From NCBI GenBank assembly GCA_951406725.2, contig OX597826.1, positions 6,572,001-6,636,000 on the forward strand: DNA of 64,000 nucleotides, given 5' to 3'. The notes under the pieces were generated by a model. The model was not told where the DNA came from, ran no database searches, and worked only from the letters and a program-made list of their open reading frames with translations. Origin of the DNA: Octopus vulgaris (lineage: Eukaryota). Below are positions 1 to 13,384 of the stretch, in pieces. The number at the start of each line of letters is the position of its first letter. Position 1 is the stretch's first letter. Both the position numbers and the translations under genes were made by a program.

Positions 1-291
1 CTCATGAGAATATGGCATGAAGCCAGACTTGAACTAATTTTAATCAGTCTAGTCAATAAGTGCTGACTTCCAGCGAAATATCGACATGAAGAGCATAAAC
101 TTAAACTAATGTAAATATGTACACTTAATAACAATATAATGTTTCATGTGGTACAACCAACATTATAAATGCTAGGAAAAATATATTATATACTGTTGAG
201 ATGTGGATTTTATAAACTTTTAGGGGAACGGGGATAAAATCTTTTTTTGAAATATCTTGAAGCACGCACAAGAATCTATAAATAATATCAT

Positions 292-706
292 AAGGCGGCG
301 AGCTGGCAGAACCGTTAGCGCGGCGGGCGAAATGCGTAGCTGTATTTCGTCTGCCGTAACGTTCTGAGTTCAAATTCCGCTGAGGTCGACTTTGCCTTTC
401 ATCCTTTCAGGGTCGATAAATTAAGTACCAGTTACGCACTGGGGTCGATGTAATCGACTTAATACCTATGTCTGTCCTTGTTTGTCCCCTCTGTGTTTAG
501 CCCCTTGTGGGTAATAAAGAAATAGGTATTTCGTCAGCCGTTACGTTCTGAGTTCAAATTCCGCTGAGGTCGACTTTGCCTTTCATCCTTTCGGGGTCGA
601 TAAATTAAGTAACAGTTACGCACTGAGGTCGATGTAATCGACTTAATCCGTTTGTCTGTCCTTGTTTGTCTCCTCTGTGTGTAGCTCCTTGTGGGTAATA
701 AAGAAA
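292..706 (+). mobile_element. tRNA-derived SINE with Nin/Deu-like central domain, internally tandem-duplicated (unit ~184 bp)
   Basis: Head AAGGCGGCGAGCTGGCAGAACCG and B-box GAGTTCAAATTCC. Core GCCTTTCATCCTTTCGGGGTCGATAAATTAAGTACCAG occurs twice (342-525, 526-706). Candidate TSD AATATCAT at 284-291 and 710-717. Confidence 0.9.
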
Positions 707-990
707 CGGAATATCATGTAGATGTTGGGTTGGAAAAATGCTGTGTATAGAAACGTCTCTGCTATTCCAATCTCATGAAATTTCCCTCATAATTACATTT
801 CTACTGGAAGGCCACACATTACAAAGTGTCTAATAGACAAAACTGACATTGCCACAGCTAGAATGGTTTTGAGCATTGATTTGTTTAATCTGAGTTAACG
901 AAGTTTAACAATCAGCAGCAACTCCCCCACGACGATCGCTTACAATATTAACGTGCGTGCGTGCGTGTGTGTGCGTGTGTGTGTGTGTGT

Positions 991-1200
991 AAGGTGGTGA
1001 ATGAACAAAATCGTTATCACCTCGGACAAAATGCTTAGCGGCATTTTGTTTATCCGTATATTCTAAGTTTAAATTCCGCAGAGATCGACTGTTTTTCATT
1101 CTTTCGAAAGACTCCTTAATCAAGCACTGGCGCCGATGTAATCAACTTACCCACTTCCTCCAAAACTGTTGGCCTTGTGGCAAAATTTACAACCAATATT
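991..1200 (+). mobile_element. degenerate Nin/Deu-type SINE
   Basis: AAGGTGGTGAATGAACAAAATCG...AAATGCTTAGCGGCATT...AAGTTTAAATTCCGC...GATGTAATCAACTT aligns by eye with 292-525. Confidence 0.7.
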
Positions 1201-1544
1201 AAGATGTGTCCATTATCTATATTATAACGATAATTTGAGAGGGAAATACACTGCATAATACAAATGCGTATAATATACAAACACTTCATCTAATACTGAT
1301 ACCGCTTATATATTTTTAACATGCTAAACCATGTGATAGACTGGTTGATTCACCTGCATTCAAACTAGCTGGTGTCTCTGCCTACCTATCAAATGTGACG
1401 GATAAATCTCTCTCGCTATCAAACCCTATTGTCTAAAGGTACTGGAAGGACACATTATATAATTTACCCGTAGACTAATCTGAGGCACCGATGTTATAAC
1501 TGCAATTGCTTTCAAGTTTATTATGTCTCACTGGGTTGACCACC

Positions 1545-1925
1545 GAAGAAATGGCTTTAAATTTCGTGACAAGGCCAGTAATTCTGAGTAGAGAATTTGA
1601 TTACATTGACTGCAGTGCACAAGTGGTAATTATTATATCAAGCCAGAAGAAAGCCATCTAAGCATTTGTCCGATGCGCTGTCGATACGGCCAACTCACCA
1701 TTTAAAACCATTTGATAACTACTAATTTCTTCTTTAGGCATAAAGCCTGAAACGTTCAGGTAGGGGAAGTTCGATTACATCGAACGCAGTACTGGACTGG
1801 TTATTGTTTCAACCAAGAAAAAAGGATAGGTAAAGCTGATCTCGGTGGAATTTGAACTCAGGAAGAAGTAGGGTGAAATGCCCCAAAACATTTTGTCCGA
1901 CATGCTAACGATACTGGCAGCTCGG
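1545..1925 (-). mobile_element. two degenerate Nin/Deu-type SINE copies
   Basis: Reverse-strand B-box (GGAATTTGAACTCAG) and head (GCTAACGATACTGGCAGCTCG); a second decayed head lies near 1660-1700. Confidence 0.6.
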
Positions 1926-2139
1926 AATAAAGAATATCTACGTTAAAACGTTGAATATAAATTATTAAAACCTACTTCGAATCACCCCCGGCCATTGGAA
2001 AAATTATATATATTATGTAGTTGTAGAGAGGCAAAATGCCGGATACATGTTCCGTTGCAGTTCTTCGACCAACGTTGAACGGATAATAATACTGTGTAAC
2101 AAAATTTATTCTTATTTTTGTTGTTTTTGGTCAGTAAGT

Positions 2140-2430
2140 GTTATTTCATATTTGCTTCTATCTAGCAATCAAAGGAAATGACTACTATTCCCTTCAAAGT
2201 TTGCTTTTGTCACCTGGACGGCAATGTTTTGAAACTGACCTATTTTTCATTAGTTGCTGTGGGAGAAATATCGTTATAGCAAATATTCTTCTCAATACCA
2301 CAGACTTACTTGTCTATAACCACTTGAACATGTCCCTTAGTGGTTGACAATATATGCATCTCAGAAGTAGTGGAGCATCGTAACCTGATATTGAGAGAGA
2401 TCCGCTGGGATTTGAATAAATCTGAAACTA
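2140..2430 (-). mobile_element. dispersed SINE-like repeat related to 6410-6795
   Basis: GCAAATATTCTTCTCAATACCACAGA and AGAAGTAGTGG match the reverse complements of TCTGTGGTATTAAGCAGAATATTTGC and CCACTACTTCT at 6590-6670. Confidence 0.55.
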
Positions 2431-2976
2431 AGTTTGAAAGAAATATTGGCCATTTTTCATACTAAACATATAGAAAATAACGATGTCAGCGACATCAATG
2501 ACATTTAACGCTGAATCCACACCGCCATAAATATCCCTTACTATAATTTTCATTGTAAACAGTGCTGCTTACGTACTATTATCGCTATTTTAACTAACAA
2601 ATTTGCAAGACAAACAGAAAGTATATTATATTTTCATAACCAATATCGACAAAGAAAACGAAGCGTGCTTGTTGTATCGCCTATAAACAACAGCCCAAAA
2701 TTTTGCACATATGTATAGTTTGCAAAAGGACAGTTTAGACAATGTAGTAATGGATGCATAAAATGAGATAGTTATCGCTGGAATATATTTTATTATGGGC
2801 CTGATCGTACATATCTGACCTGGAGTTAAACACAACAGCAACAGTTCCACCGATTTTATCGTAAACATGATTACCACACATACAGAGTCTCCACGGAGTT
2901 TAATCAAGCATCGGAATCAATAACATCTGTGTAATGAATGTATATCCACCGTAAAATTATTGATACCTCCAATATG

Positions 2977-3010
<34 letters not shown>

Positions 3011-3799
3011 CTTGTGTATGTATATATATATAATAATGTATGTAAGTATATATATATATGTATATATGAATATATATATGTATATATAACACACACACAT
3101 ATATATATACTTAAATATATGTGTGTGTGCACGCGCTTATTCGGTGTAGATTATAATATCCAGAAATATTGTGGCCCTTCAGATATTGCGTCAGTCATAT
3201 AGATTGTACAGATAGCTGCAAAACTGCTAATATCAATATTATCACCACGAACAACCACTATCAGAAATATAAAACACTACAGAACACACTATAATTGCGA
3301 CCATGCAATATATAATTATCACTATTAACAACAGAAGCTAACACATAAATTCAAGATGGACGCTATCATTTTCACTGAACAATCGCATTATGCGACATAT
3401 CAGTGCTTAAGATACATTCGTCTGAATCATTCTAGATCTTCAGAAATGATTAAACGAACTGGTGAAGCTTTCAATTATCTTTGGTAATTGAGTCGAAATG
3501 TTAAATCTAAACTTGCGGTGGATCAAACCCAGTTGTAAATTGGATATCTCGTTTCTAACACCTACGTCATCACTACCTCAACCCCTTTCACGTACAGCGA
3601 CTATGGCATAATCCAACACTTACTGTGATACTGCTATATGTTTTCTCTCCAGCTGCACTATTTTACAAATGAAGCTCTCAGTGTGTGATGTGATGGATTT
3701 CGTGCGAGATAGCCTACGTCTTTATAGCGTATTGTGAGACTTGCAATGTTTCACTTGTATCACTTTGAACAACTTCTTACACATTCACACATGTTACAT

Positions 3800-3935
3800 C
3801 TGCATACATACATGCATACATACATATATACATACAATTCATACATACACAGACACGCACACATTCATATATACATATATACATGCACATATATTTAAAC
3901 ACACACTATATATATATATATATATATATACAAAC

Positions 3936-3970
<35 letters not shown>

Positions 3971-4025
3971 GATATACATATATATATATATATACATATA
4001 CACGCAAACACATATATACATGCAT

Positions 4026-4056
<31 letters not shown>

Positions 4057-4136
4057 CGAATATACATATATTTATTATATATATATACAGACACATACAT
4101 ATATATATATATTATATAAGACACAAACTCAGCCAT

Positions 4137-4185
<49 letters not shown>

Positions 4186-4400
4186 AACACACACACAATC
4201 ACACATGCTTATACGCAGGCGCGTGTAATGTATGTAGATGTATATGCGTGTATGCCTGTCTGTTTGCGTTCATGTGTGTAAAAGTGCTTGCGTATGCGTG
4301 TGTATGTGTGTGAATTTGTGTGTGCGTGCTTGTGTGTGCGTATGTGTGTGTGCGCGTGCATTTGTCACAGCGTTTGTATTTGAGGATATTTCCTTGTGTG
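3800..4400. repeat. compound (TA)n/(CA)n/(TG)n microsatellite
   Basis: Direct reading. It is representative of many similar tracts (e.g. 2975-3130, 23660-23920, 26430-26700, 29160-29710, 30200-30720, 37650-38090, 41450-41800, 54915-55200). Confidence 0.95.
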
Positions 4401-4920
4401 TCCGTGTCTGTGTGAAGTGTGCGAGTATATAAGGAATGGGGATAATCAGCGTTCGCTCGAAGCAAGAGAAGATAAAGGGAAGGGAATAGGAGATCAGTGA
4501 CTCGATTGAAATTTAGTATTGATATTAGGAAAATAAATTAGGATAAATGACAATGCGAAAATAATTTGCTGTGGGAAATCTAAAGAAGATTAAGCATGAC
4601 AGGTTTAATGTCCCATGCAGTGCGTGCCGTGATTATGTTCCCTTTCGAAATAATTATTTAGATATGATTGTAAGGGATTAATTTAGGTAAACCTTCGGCA
4701 TACGGTGAATAAACAGATTGTTTCTGAATTACATATGTAGCTATCTGCAGCTTCACCTGTATGGAATTATTTCAGAAAATTTCTTGTGATGTAGAGTTCT
4801 CCTTCTTTCATTCCAAAGACTGTGAATGTATTTGCATAGTAAAACGAGAATGAAAAATATGTATTTGGTTATGTTCGATGATGACGATGATGATGATGAT
4901 GATGATGATGTGTGTGTGTG

Positions 4921-4958
<38 letters not shown>

Positions 4959-5155
4959 TGTGACAATAGCTCTGAATAGTGGCAATAATGTTTTTTAATA
5001 TCGAAAAACGTTTTCAGTGAGGTAACTATATTAATAACAAAAAAGGTTATCCTTCTTCAAGCATGGGAACGAGAAAACGTTATGCGATCATTAGCGAATC
5101 ATATTTAACTGTTTCCTCCGTGTTTCCGTTTACTCAAAGCCAGGAACGTTTTAGC

Positions 5156-5222
<67 letters not shown>

Positions 5223-5257
5223 GACAGCGAGTTGTATAAGCTGTACATAATCTATAT

Positions 5258-5566
5258 TGTTTTGTTGTTGTTTGTTTGTTCCTTCTCGAGCCACGCCTGG
5301 GTCATAAGGGGCTGGTTTCCCAGTTTCCTTGGCGCATAGCTTTCCCATCTGGACGGGACGTCGGTCCGTCGCAGTTGAGCTGCAAGATGCAGGAGGAAAG
5401 AATGAGAGTAAGTTGTGGTGAAAGTTTCAGCAGAAGTCACCTGCTAGCGGAGCCGCGTGAAGCTTAGGTGTTTTGCTCATAAACACTCACATCGCCCGGT
5501 CTGAGATTCGAATACGCGATACTTCGACCGCGAGTCCGCTGCTCTAACCACTTGGCTATGTGCCTC
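5258..5566 (-). mobile_element. full-length tRNA-derived SINE (tRNA-Arg-like head, OR1-like) with (AAC)-rich tail and 12-bp TSD
   Basis: Minus-strand head GGAGGCACATAGCCAAGTGGTTAGAGCAGCGGACTCGCGGTCG...TTCGAATCTCAGACC. TSD CATAATCTATAT at 5246-5257 and 5567-5578. Confidence 0.88.
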
Positions 5567-5679
5567 CATAATCTATATAAGAGGTCAGAATATTTATGAC
5601 AGCTATGAACTTATTGGGAATAATATAATTCTAAAAGTGACCACACACATTTATTGTCAACTTTAACTTTTAATTGCAT

Positions 5680-6025
5680 CGATCATTGAACTGCCACCTT
5701 GATGGAGTAGCACCTTCAAATTTCAGTCAAAAATATAGACCCCAAGTTTAAGCTTGGTTCTAAGTCTCTTGGCCACTTTTGACAAACTGTTAGGTCACAG
5801 AGAAGTAGACGAACTGAGACCAGTCGTCATGAGGAGTTGAGAGAGAAACACACACACATACATGTATATAGATACAAACGACGGTATGTGTGTATACTAA
5901 TTCCGCTCAAAAGGTATTGGTTGGCTTGGGTATATAATATAGACCACTTGACCAATTTGACGGATAGCGGAATTGAACCGGAACTCGCCTAATTGCAATG
6001 CGACCGTCTTAACCACACATCCATA
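5680..6025 (-). mobile_element. degenerate CORE-type SINE
   Basis: Decayed match to 13385-13800 (AGCACCTT, ACCACTTGACCAA, GGAATTGAACCGGAAC, CTTAACCACACA). Confidence 0.65.
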
Positions 6026-6317
6026 CATTTTAATTAAACTAATTAACACTGGTCTGATCCAGTCTTAAAAACATTAATTATTTTATATCTATAAAGAAAA
6101 TATACACCCCTCACTGTAAGGTTGCGTTATATCAAAATCGAACTCCACCCTTTCTCTCTGGATACACATCACTCAAAGATCAACAAAGAAATTATCGATG
6201 TAATTTCTATTATCATATTATTGTGTTTGGTCGATGGTGTGTAGTTTACAATACTTCTGTTTTGGCTATAGCGGGCTTAGTTGTTATTTTTCATTTTTCT
6301 ATATGTGTGTGTATATA

Positions 6318-6410
6318 CAGGGTGCGATGGGTAAATGATCGCGATTTGGTCGTTGTTCTGCAGTGTTTCTTCTTTAGCTTCCTGTTGATGGCATTGCGCT
6401 ACTCGTAGAT
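6318..6410 (+). mobile_element. Tc1/mariner-superfamily terminal fragment
   Basis: TA followed by CAGGGTGCGATGGGTAAAT, the same terminus as the element at 49093. Confidence 0.5.
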
Positions 6411-6805
6411 CTCATATAGAGATAAACAGCGTATGACCTTTCAGTTGGGGCCCAGTTAGAATTTTCCAGCCCTAAAGATCCCTGAATAAGGGTTGTTTTG
6501 AGGATGATGAACAAAACACCTATGTTTCCAGAGGGGAATTAAATTATTGAAACTCCGAATAATTCCTTTCAACGCCTAGATATGATGTTCCCCCACTACT
6601 TCTGTTCGTATCGAGATGATCGTAATCAGTGATGAATCAAATCTGTGGTATTAAGCAGAATATTTGCTGCAGCCCATCTTTTACACCAAGACAAAACAAT
6701 GTACATGATAACACTTCCAATCAGTTAAGATCAAAAGTCTGAGAGCCACTGCCAGGTACTGCATCAAGGCATAAACACTGCATGGTACTGCATTATTATT
6801 ATTAT
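6410..6805 (+). mobile_element. SINE-like dispersed repeat with (TTA)n tail
   Basis: 5' part (TGACCTTTCAGTTGGGGCCCAGTTAGAA...CTGAATAAGGGTTGTT) recurs at 31270-31376. It ends GGTACTGCAT followed by (TTA)n. Confidence 0.65.
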
Positions 6806-8125
6806 TTTCTTTATCTAAGATTTTGTTGGAGTTTGTGGGGACTTTCATGCGTAGTGAGCTTACTACCTGCAGCCTATGGTACCATGCTATTCGTTCTTTT
6901 CAGCTATCCAATACTTTCCTGATTATTCAGGCCGTGCCAAGGGGGCAAAACTTTTGTGACAGTTCTACTGGGCACTCTACACCGATTTCCTTTATATTCC
7001 TCTTGATGCCTTCTGATACTGTTCCCAACGACCCAAAATTAATTGGCACTATCTTCACTTTCTTCCTTTTCCATAGCCAGGCTATTTTGTACTTAAGAGT
7101 GTTGTATCTATCTAGCTTCTCGCCTTCCTTCTTGACTATTCATGGAACAACGGGGCAACTATATAGCACATGCGTTGCACCTTGTCCACCACCACTAGGT
7201 CCGGTCTGCTATGCTCTAGCACATGATTTGTTTGGATAGGGAAATCCCAGAGGAATTTGCAAGTCTCCTATTCTGCCCCCCTCTGCGATATGTGCTTATA
7301 ATACGTCTTAACTCTCTCTAGCCCTCTCTTCTTGCACAGTTTCCAATGTAGCACTTTCGCTATCTGGTCTTGTCACCACAACTTGTATTGGTTTGGAGCA
7401 ACACAAGGGCTTTCGTTCGTGACGCAGATGTGACGCAGCAGAGACACTTCCTCATTCGTAAGGGTGACACTCCAGTTCGTGGCCGAAGCTGCTAGTTTAG
7501 TGCTTTCGGTTTCTTTTTTTATGGTGCCTTCCATCAGCCAATCCCCCCTATTTTTTTCTGTTGTTGTTACAAGGAATTGATTATGTAGTCCCTTCTTGCG
7601 TAATTCTTCTTCATGTTCTTTCTGTTGTTCTTCCTTTATTTTCCCTTTTTATTCTGCTTTCAATACTCCCTCGTTCCTAACTGTCACTTGCAAGGTTTCC
7701 AAACTTTGAGCTCGGTGCCTCATTAAGCTTTCGAGTTCGCAGTCTTTCACGCACAGTCTTCCAGACTTACCTGTCCCCTTCCGTTTGCTCTCTTCATGTA
7801 ATGGGGATCAAAGTATGCACGTGGATGGTGGGCTCCATGCATCGTTGATTTCCTGTCCATTTCCTTCAACTGCTCCTTTTCCACTTCAGAATTCCAGCGC
7901 CATACCAAACTACTGCGACTACGTGCAAGTTTATTGCCGAAATTATGTTTCTAGCATTCAGCTTTGACGTTAATATTTTTCTCACTCGCCGCAGGTATTC
8001 TCTTTTGGTGTTTTCCTTCACGTCGCGGTGTTTAATTCCATCTACTCCAAGTATTCGCAGTTCTTTATACCTAGATTGAGGTTAAATTGCTTTCATTATT
8101 TCATCACTTGGTATCCATATGCCTT
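6806..8125 (-). mobile_element. R4/Dong-clade non-LTR retrotransposon 3' remnant (RT thumb, Zn-knuckle region, restriction-like endonuclease), pseudogenised
   Basis: Minus-strand translations: EYLGVDGIKH..EYLRRVRKIL; DQIAKVLHWKLCK; WDFPIQTNHVLEHSRPDLVVVDK; EKLDRYNTLKYKIAWLWK..VPINFGSLGTV; QKFCPLGTA*IIRKVLD. (TAA)n tail. Confidence 0.88.
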
Positions 8126-8199
8126 CATTATCATTACGATTATTATTATCGGCGCTCCGCCTGGCAAGCCACGGTTGACGTATCGCAGTAATCTTTTTT

Positions 8200-10100
8200 A
8201 ACGAAACCACGAATTACTGTTGAATCTACTTTAGAAATTTATACCATCGTGGAAAGTGAGTTGTTTTCTTTTGAATGGTGAGTTTCTTTTTTCGTGTGTT
8301 TTCTCCCAGTCTTGGTGTACATCTGGTTTACATTTTTTCTCTTATGAAAATTTTTGTTTTCTCCATCCGGTGAGGCTCGTATGTGAGCGAGGAGGAGAGA
8401 GTAATCAACGCCATCAGAATGTAATGAAAGAAGGAGTGAGCGCAAAGCGCTATGTCGCCGCTTTGGTAAAGACATACCAGACATTTTTCAATAACAATGA
8501 TTTTGGAAATCAACTGGGAATGGAAAATTGCAACAATGAATTCATTGAAACCACTACCATCAACAACAGCAACAAAAAGACTCCATTTCGAGTGGAACAC
8601 AATGAAAAATATTGAAGACAACAACAGCTGGAGCAGAGCGGCAGCAGCAGCAGCATTGGCGACATTAGCAGGAGTAGCAACAGCAGCAACAGCAGCAACA
8701 GTGATAGTAACTTTGATATCAACGATAACAAAACATTTCAAGACAAACAGCTGAAAACGAAAATATTTTAACAGAAAAAATGAAGCCACGTCCTCCACAA
8801 CAAGCAGGAAAGACAACAATTACAGCAACAACTACTACAAGAACAACAACAGCAATGACGTCAGCATCATTAGCGGTAACAACAAGAAATCCGACTCACC
8901 TTTCGCCGAATGAACAGGGATGGGTGGAACATTTCTTTGACTGATTTTTGTAAATTTTCCGACAATGCCCCGCTAAAACTTCATCTTGTTCTACAATCAA
9001 GCGAAACTGGATCCCTAAAAGAACTGTAGTCTATCGTATTTCGTAATAAGAGCACCAGGAAGATCAAAGATCTGACTCGAGCACAGGCTGAAAAATGACT
9101 GGAAGGTGACTGGAGTTAGAAGAGAAAGAGAGGGTTTGGAGCTCTCGCAGATGTACCATAGTGAAGTGGTAGCGAAAAGGAAGGCCTTGCACACTTGCTA
9201 CTCAGAGGAATATATTTTCATCCACCTTACCTACGGAGGTAAGGAAATAAAGCTACATTTTTGATTTTTTCTCCAGCACTCCAGAAAATTAAAATGCCTT
9301 CAGATTTTACAGAATAAAGCGAGCAAAATTCCCTGCTAGTATGATGATTTTTGAAATCCACTGGATAAATATGGTAAATATTCTAATTTTAAAATCCTCT
9401 CAAAAGGAAAATTGGTCGGTGGCCCGGGTGAGAGTGGAACTACTAGTGACAGCATAAACTTCCATTGAAATCTGACATCATTTACATGGATGGTGTGGAA
9501 ACCATACTAGCTGTTGAACGTAGAAAGGTAAAATGTTAAGCCTGTGGAAGTAAAATCCTTCGAAAGTCTTTCAACTCTGAATTAAAGCAACCGAAACAAC
9601 ATCTGTTGACAACTCCACAACCCACATCAATGACACCACCATGATTAACTGAACAGTCACTTCTACAGTCGAAACTTCGGTAGCCGAAATGTTTGCTTTG
9701 TATTACACCCATCACCGTTCAGTCATTTTGGCGAAAGATGTGTTGGACCTCGATGTGGCTGTCACAGATGTTGTTATCACCTACATTTTTCCTGTTGCAA
9801 TTGTTGTTGTTTCCCAATTTCCCTGCTCCCTAAACCAACACCAACAATAGCTCAAATACTTCTTCAAATACCGATTCCTTAGGAAAGAATTTGCTGGAGA
9901 TATATCAAACATTCTCGAAAGGACCAAAGAAATGAACGAGGAGGGTACAGAATCACACTCCAAGAAAAACACTACAAATACAAAATTCCATAATTACAGC
10001 TCACTTCACAACCAATCTAAGAAACCCAACGTCAACAACAGCAGCAACAAGAAAACATACATAATTTACCACAGCCAAAACTAAAACTGCGTTCACGAAG
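8200..10100 (+). mobile_element. possible heavily decayed L1/Tx1-like ORF1 region with (ACA/GCA)n low-complexity tracts
   Basis: Purine/A-rich, coding-like composition directly upstream of an APE remnant; only weak motif traces. Confidence 0.3.
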
Positions 10101-10439
10101 CAACTTAAACTGTACACAAAATGTATCCAGAAACTTCACTATTGTGAACAAAAGGGAGTTGATGGATTAACTAATTGCAAATAAAATTTAATTCGTGACA
10201 GAAGGGAAGAAATTTGAGAATTTCAGCCTCAAACCTCAAAAGAGAGATTGTTAATTAAAATGTCTTCAGATTTTACAGAATAAAGCGGCGAAAATTTCCT
10301 GTTAGTGTGATGATTTTTGAAATGCTATAGATAATTTACTTTAAGAAATGCAGGTTAAAAAACATATTCGGCGGAACGAGGTCAAGAATATTCGGGCTTC
10401 TTGAAAACTGAGATGAGGGATCTCCCATCTTTTTCTCCT

Positions 10440-10960
10440 ACAAGCATGCCTGCACTGAACCTGGGATATGGGAATGAGCGTTGCCTGAGACCAGCTTGGA
10501 AGCTAGGTCGTTTTCTCAACGTTCTCTTGTCACTCCATTTATGTGTGTCTGACATTACCGAGACAAGAAATTCCAGAAAACATGTTCTAGAATCCGTTTT
10601 CGAAGACCAAAAGACATTACGTTACTGGCGAGGAGAGTTAATGAATGCCTACATCCCCACCGTTATTATTTATCGACTGATTGTCGAGCAATTCCCTGGT
10701 TACTACTAGATCAGATTTGAATGCCTGTTAATTATTTTCGTGTGAAAAAGAAGGGTTTCACTGGTCAGGTGTTTAATCTTCTGCCAGCATCCTCTCTGTG
10801 GCAGCTTAGGTATGCCATACCAGATGTGACACTCATGTTCCGCCACTTGCAATGATTTCTAGACAGCGAATGTGCGTGGTCTCTGTTCGTGAAACACATC
10901 TCTTCCTCAGGTTCAAAGAAAGAAAGAGACTGGACTCCTGGCAGTTACAGTGCCCTCAGG
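10440..10960 (+). mobile_element. L1/Tx1-like apurinic endonuclease (ORF2 N-terminus) remnant
   Basis: LGYGNERCLRPAWKLGRFLNVLLSLHLCVSDITETR resembles APE motifs I/II (NvrGL...ETR); DLNA resembles GDFNA. Confidence 0.5.
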
Positions 10961-11089
10961 TGCTTCTATCAGTCAATCAATGGAATCGGTATTTTGTTCC
11001 CCTTTAGCAATATAAAGAGGATTAGCGCCAGAAAGAGTGACGACTTTACAGTGTTTATTTTATCATCTTTAAGTATATCTGGTTCTGTG

Positions 11090-11370
11090 CATCTGTTACC
11101 TATTTCATCTGCATTGTTACTGCTTTCATTTAGTGTACGATGAGGATATTTGTGTCCTAATGTGGCTAGTTTCAGCGTCAGAAAACCTTTTATTCTTAAT
11201 GATATCTCTACGTACATTACTTAATTTATTTGCATCTATGTATTTGCATATTTCATTACCTACTACGTTTCTCCATGAAATGAGATTGCTTGTATAGCAA
11301 GCTTTCAACATATCTCTCTAATCCTCTCCAATCCATTTTATTCGTTCTGCTTTAGTTGACGTTTTTGCTG
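11090..11370 (-). mobile_element. R4/Dong-like ORF N-terminal (Myb-like) fragment
   Basis: RIKWIGED*RDMLKACY...YIDANKLSNVRRDIIKNKRFSDAE resembles the N-terminal region of R4-clade ORFs. Confidence 0.55.
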
Positions 11371-11619
11371 AAGGTACTACAGGTCTAGGGTTTCGACTTC
11401 TTGCGTAGGTTGCATTGAGATATCGCGCATTTAAGAAAACAACAACACTTTATATGACAAAATTCTTTCCGGTTTTTTAGTTCCTTTGCTTTAACAGAAC
11501 CTTTCCCACAGTTGTATTGCAAAGTTTTCCTCGCACCATCACACTGATGTTTTGGCATTGAGTTTGTTTTGTTGAACGAACTTCTTAGTGTACGTCCATT
11601 TATTTAGCCCGGAGCTATC

Positions 11620-11823
11620 CTTCTTCTTCTTCTTCTTCTTCTTCTTCTTCTTCTTCTTCTTCTTCTTCTTCTTCTTCTTCTTCTTCTTCTTCTTCTTCTT
11701 CTTCTTCTTCTTCTTCTTCTTCTTCTTCTTCTTCTTCTTCTCCTTCTTCTACTACTACTTATTATTATCATCATCATCATTGTTGTTAAGTTAGCCGAAG
11801 AAGCAGCAGTAGCAGTAGTGGCA

Positions 11824-11861
<38 letters not shown>

Positions 11862-12022
11862 TGTTGTTGTTGTTGTTGTTGCCGTCGCCGTTGTCGTTGT
11901 ATCGCCATATTTGCATATACCTCTCCGCATCGTTTTATGGTTTGTTCAATCATTTATTTAAGTTTTTATTACATCAGCACGTGTGTTTATACGGCAGTTT
12001 ATTATCAAATTTTCATATCGTC

Positions 12023-12070
<48 letters not shown>

Positions 12071-12483
12071 GATATTGCTGTTCAATTCTGTTTGTTTGAG
12101 ATGTTCTTGTTCGCGTCGTATGTATGCCCCAGCGTACCTATGCACGAAAGGTGACTGTTTAATCTAATTAATATTTTTTTGTAAACTTAAACACAACAAA
12201 ACAAATTAAACACTGTCATGATTATCATCATCATCGTCATCGTCATCATCATCATCGTCATCGTCATCGTCATCATCATCATCGTCATCGTCATCAACAT
12301 CGTCGTCGTCGTCGCCATTCTTGTTTCTCTACTTATTTCTTTTGTGTTATCATTTTATCATCATAATCTTCTGTTATCATCGTCACCTTCCTTATCCCTT
12401 ACAACTATCCTTGTTTGTTATTATGAATTTTGTTGACCTTGATCAGTTTGATTTTTCATTTATTTATAATTGTGTTATTATTG

Positions 12484-12570
<87 letters not shown>
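11620..12570. repeat. trinucleotide microsatellite cluster (TTC)n, (AGT)n, (GTT)n, (TTA)n, (ATC)n
   Basis: Direct reading. Similar clusters at 24455-24950, 30970-31210, 31380-31900 and 32950-33250. Confidence 0.95.
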
Positions 12571-12571
<1 letters not shown>

Positions 12572-13384
12572 AACTGTCCTCTCATTCTGTCTCCTCTCTT
12601 CCTCATTATCATCTGAAACAACATCATTATCTACATTATCATTTTCATTATCAATATCATCCTGGTCTTATATCTTTTTTACCGCTTGTAATTATATTAT
12701 CCCTTTTTTTATATTTATAGGTTACATTTTATTTCAGTTATTCAAGTAAAAATTCTTACTGATAATGGATTCTGATGGTGATGAAGATTATAAATGGGTG
12801 GGGGTGAAATTAATTAGAAAAATCAAGCGCAAAATATGGAAGTAAAATTCATTAAAGTAAACCATTTGTACAACGTGTGTAAAAAATATATATATTAACT
12901 TGAAATAGGAAAACTAAAAAAAATTAATAATGTTAAAATGAAATATAAGAAGAAGCAATGCAAAACCAGAGTACGTTTCAATATTGTATCCTAGCGTTTA
13001 TTTGAAAAATTAGTCATAATTAATAGATGTTAAATTTGAACATAAAAATTTCCTTTCTGCGTTAACTTTTGATCAACACCTTCGCTCAGCTATTTTTTTT
13101 TTTTTAGATTGCAGTTAAGGAGCAACTGTGATAATTATGATAATAAGGTTGAGTCATCCGAAAACGAAATCCCTGTTATTTTATTAACATCCTGAAATGT
13201 ATACATGTTTACAATAACTTACTGTATCGAATGATACTGTCATTCCGAAATTTGTGTAACCTCTAAAATTAGGATGATCATACTTTCATACATGCACCAT
13301 ACTTTAGTAATTAAGTAAAACTAACTTTTATTCTGCTTCCTTATTTTGATATCCATGATATATTTGTGAAATACAGACTATATA

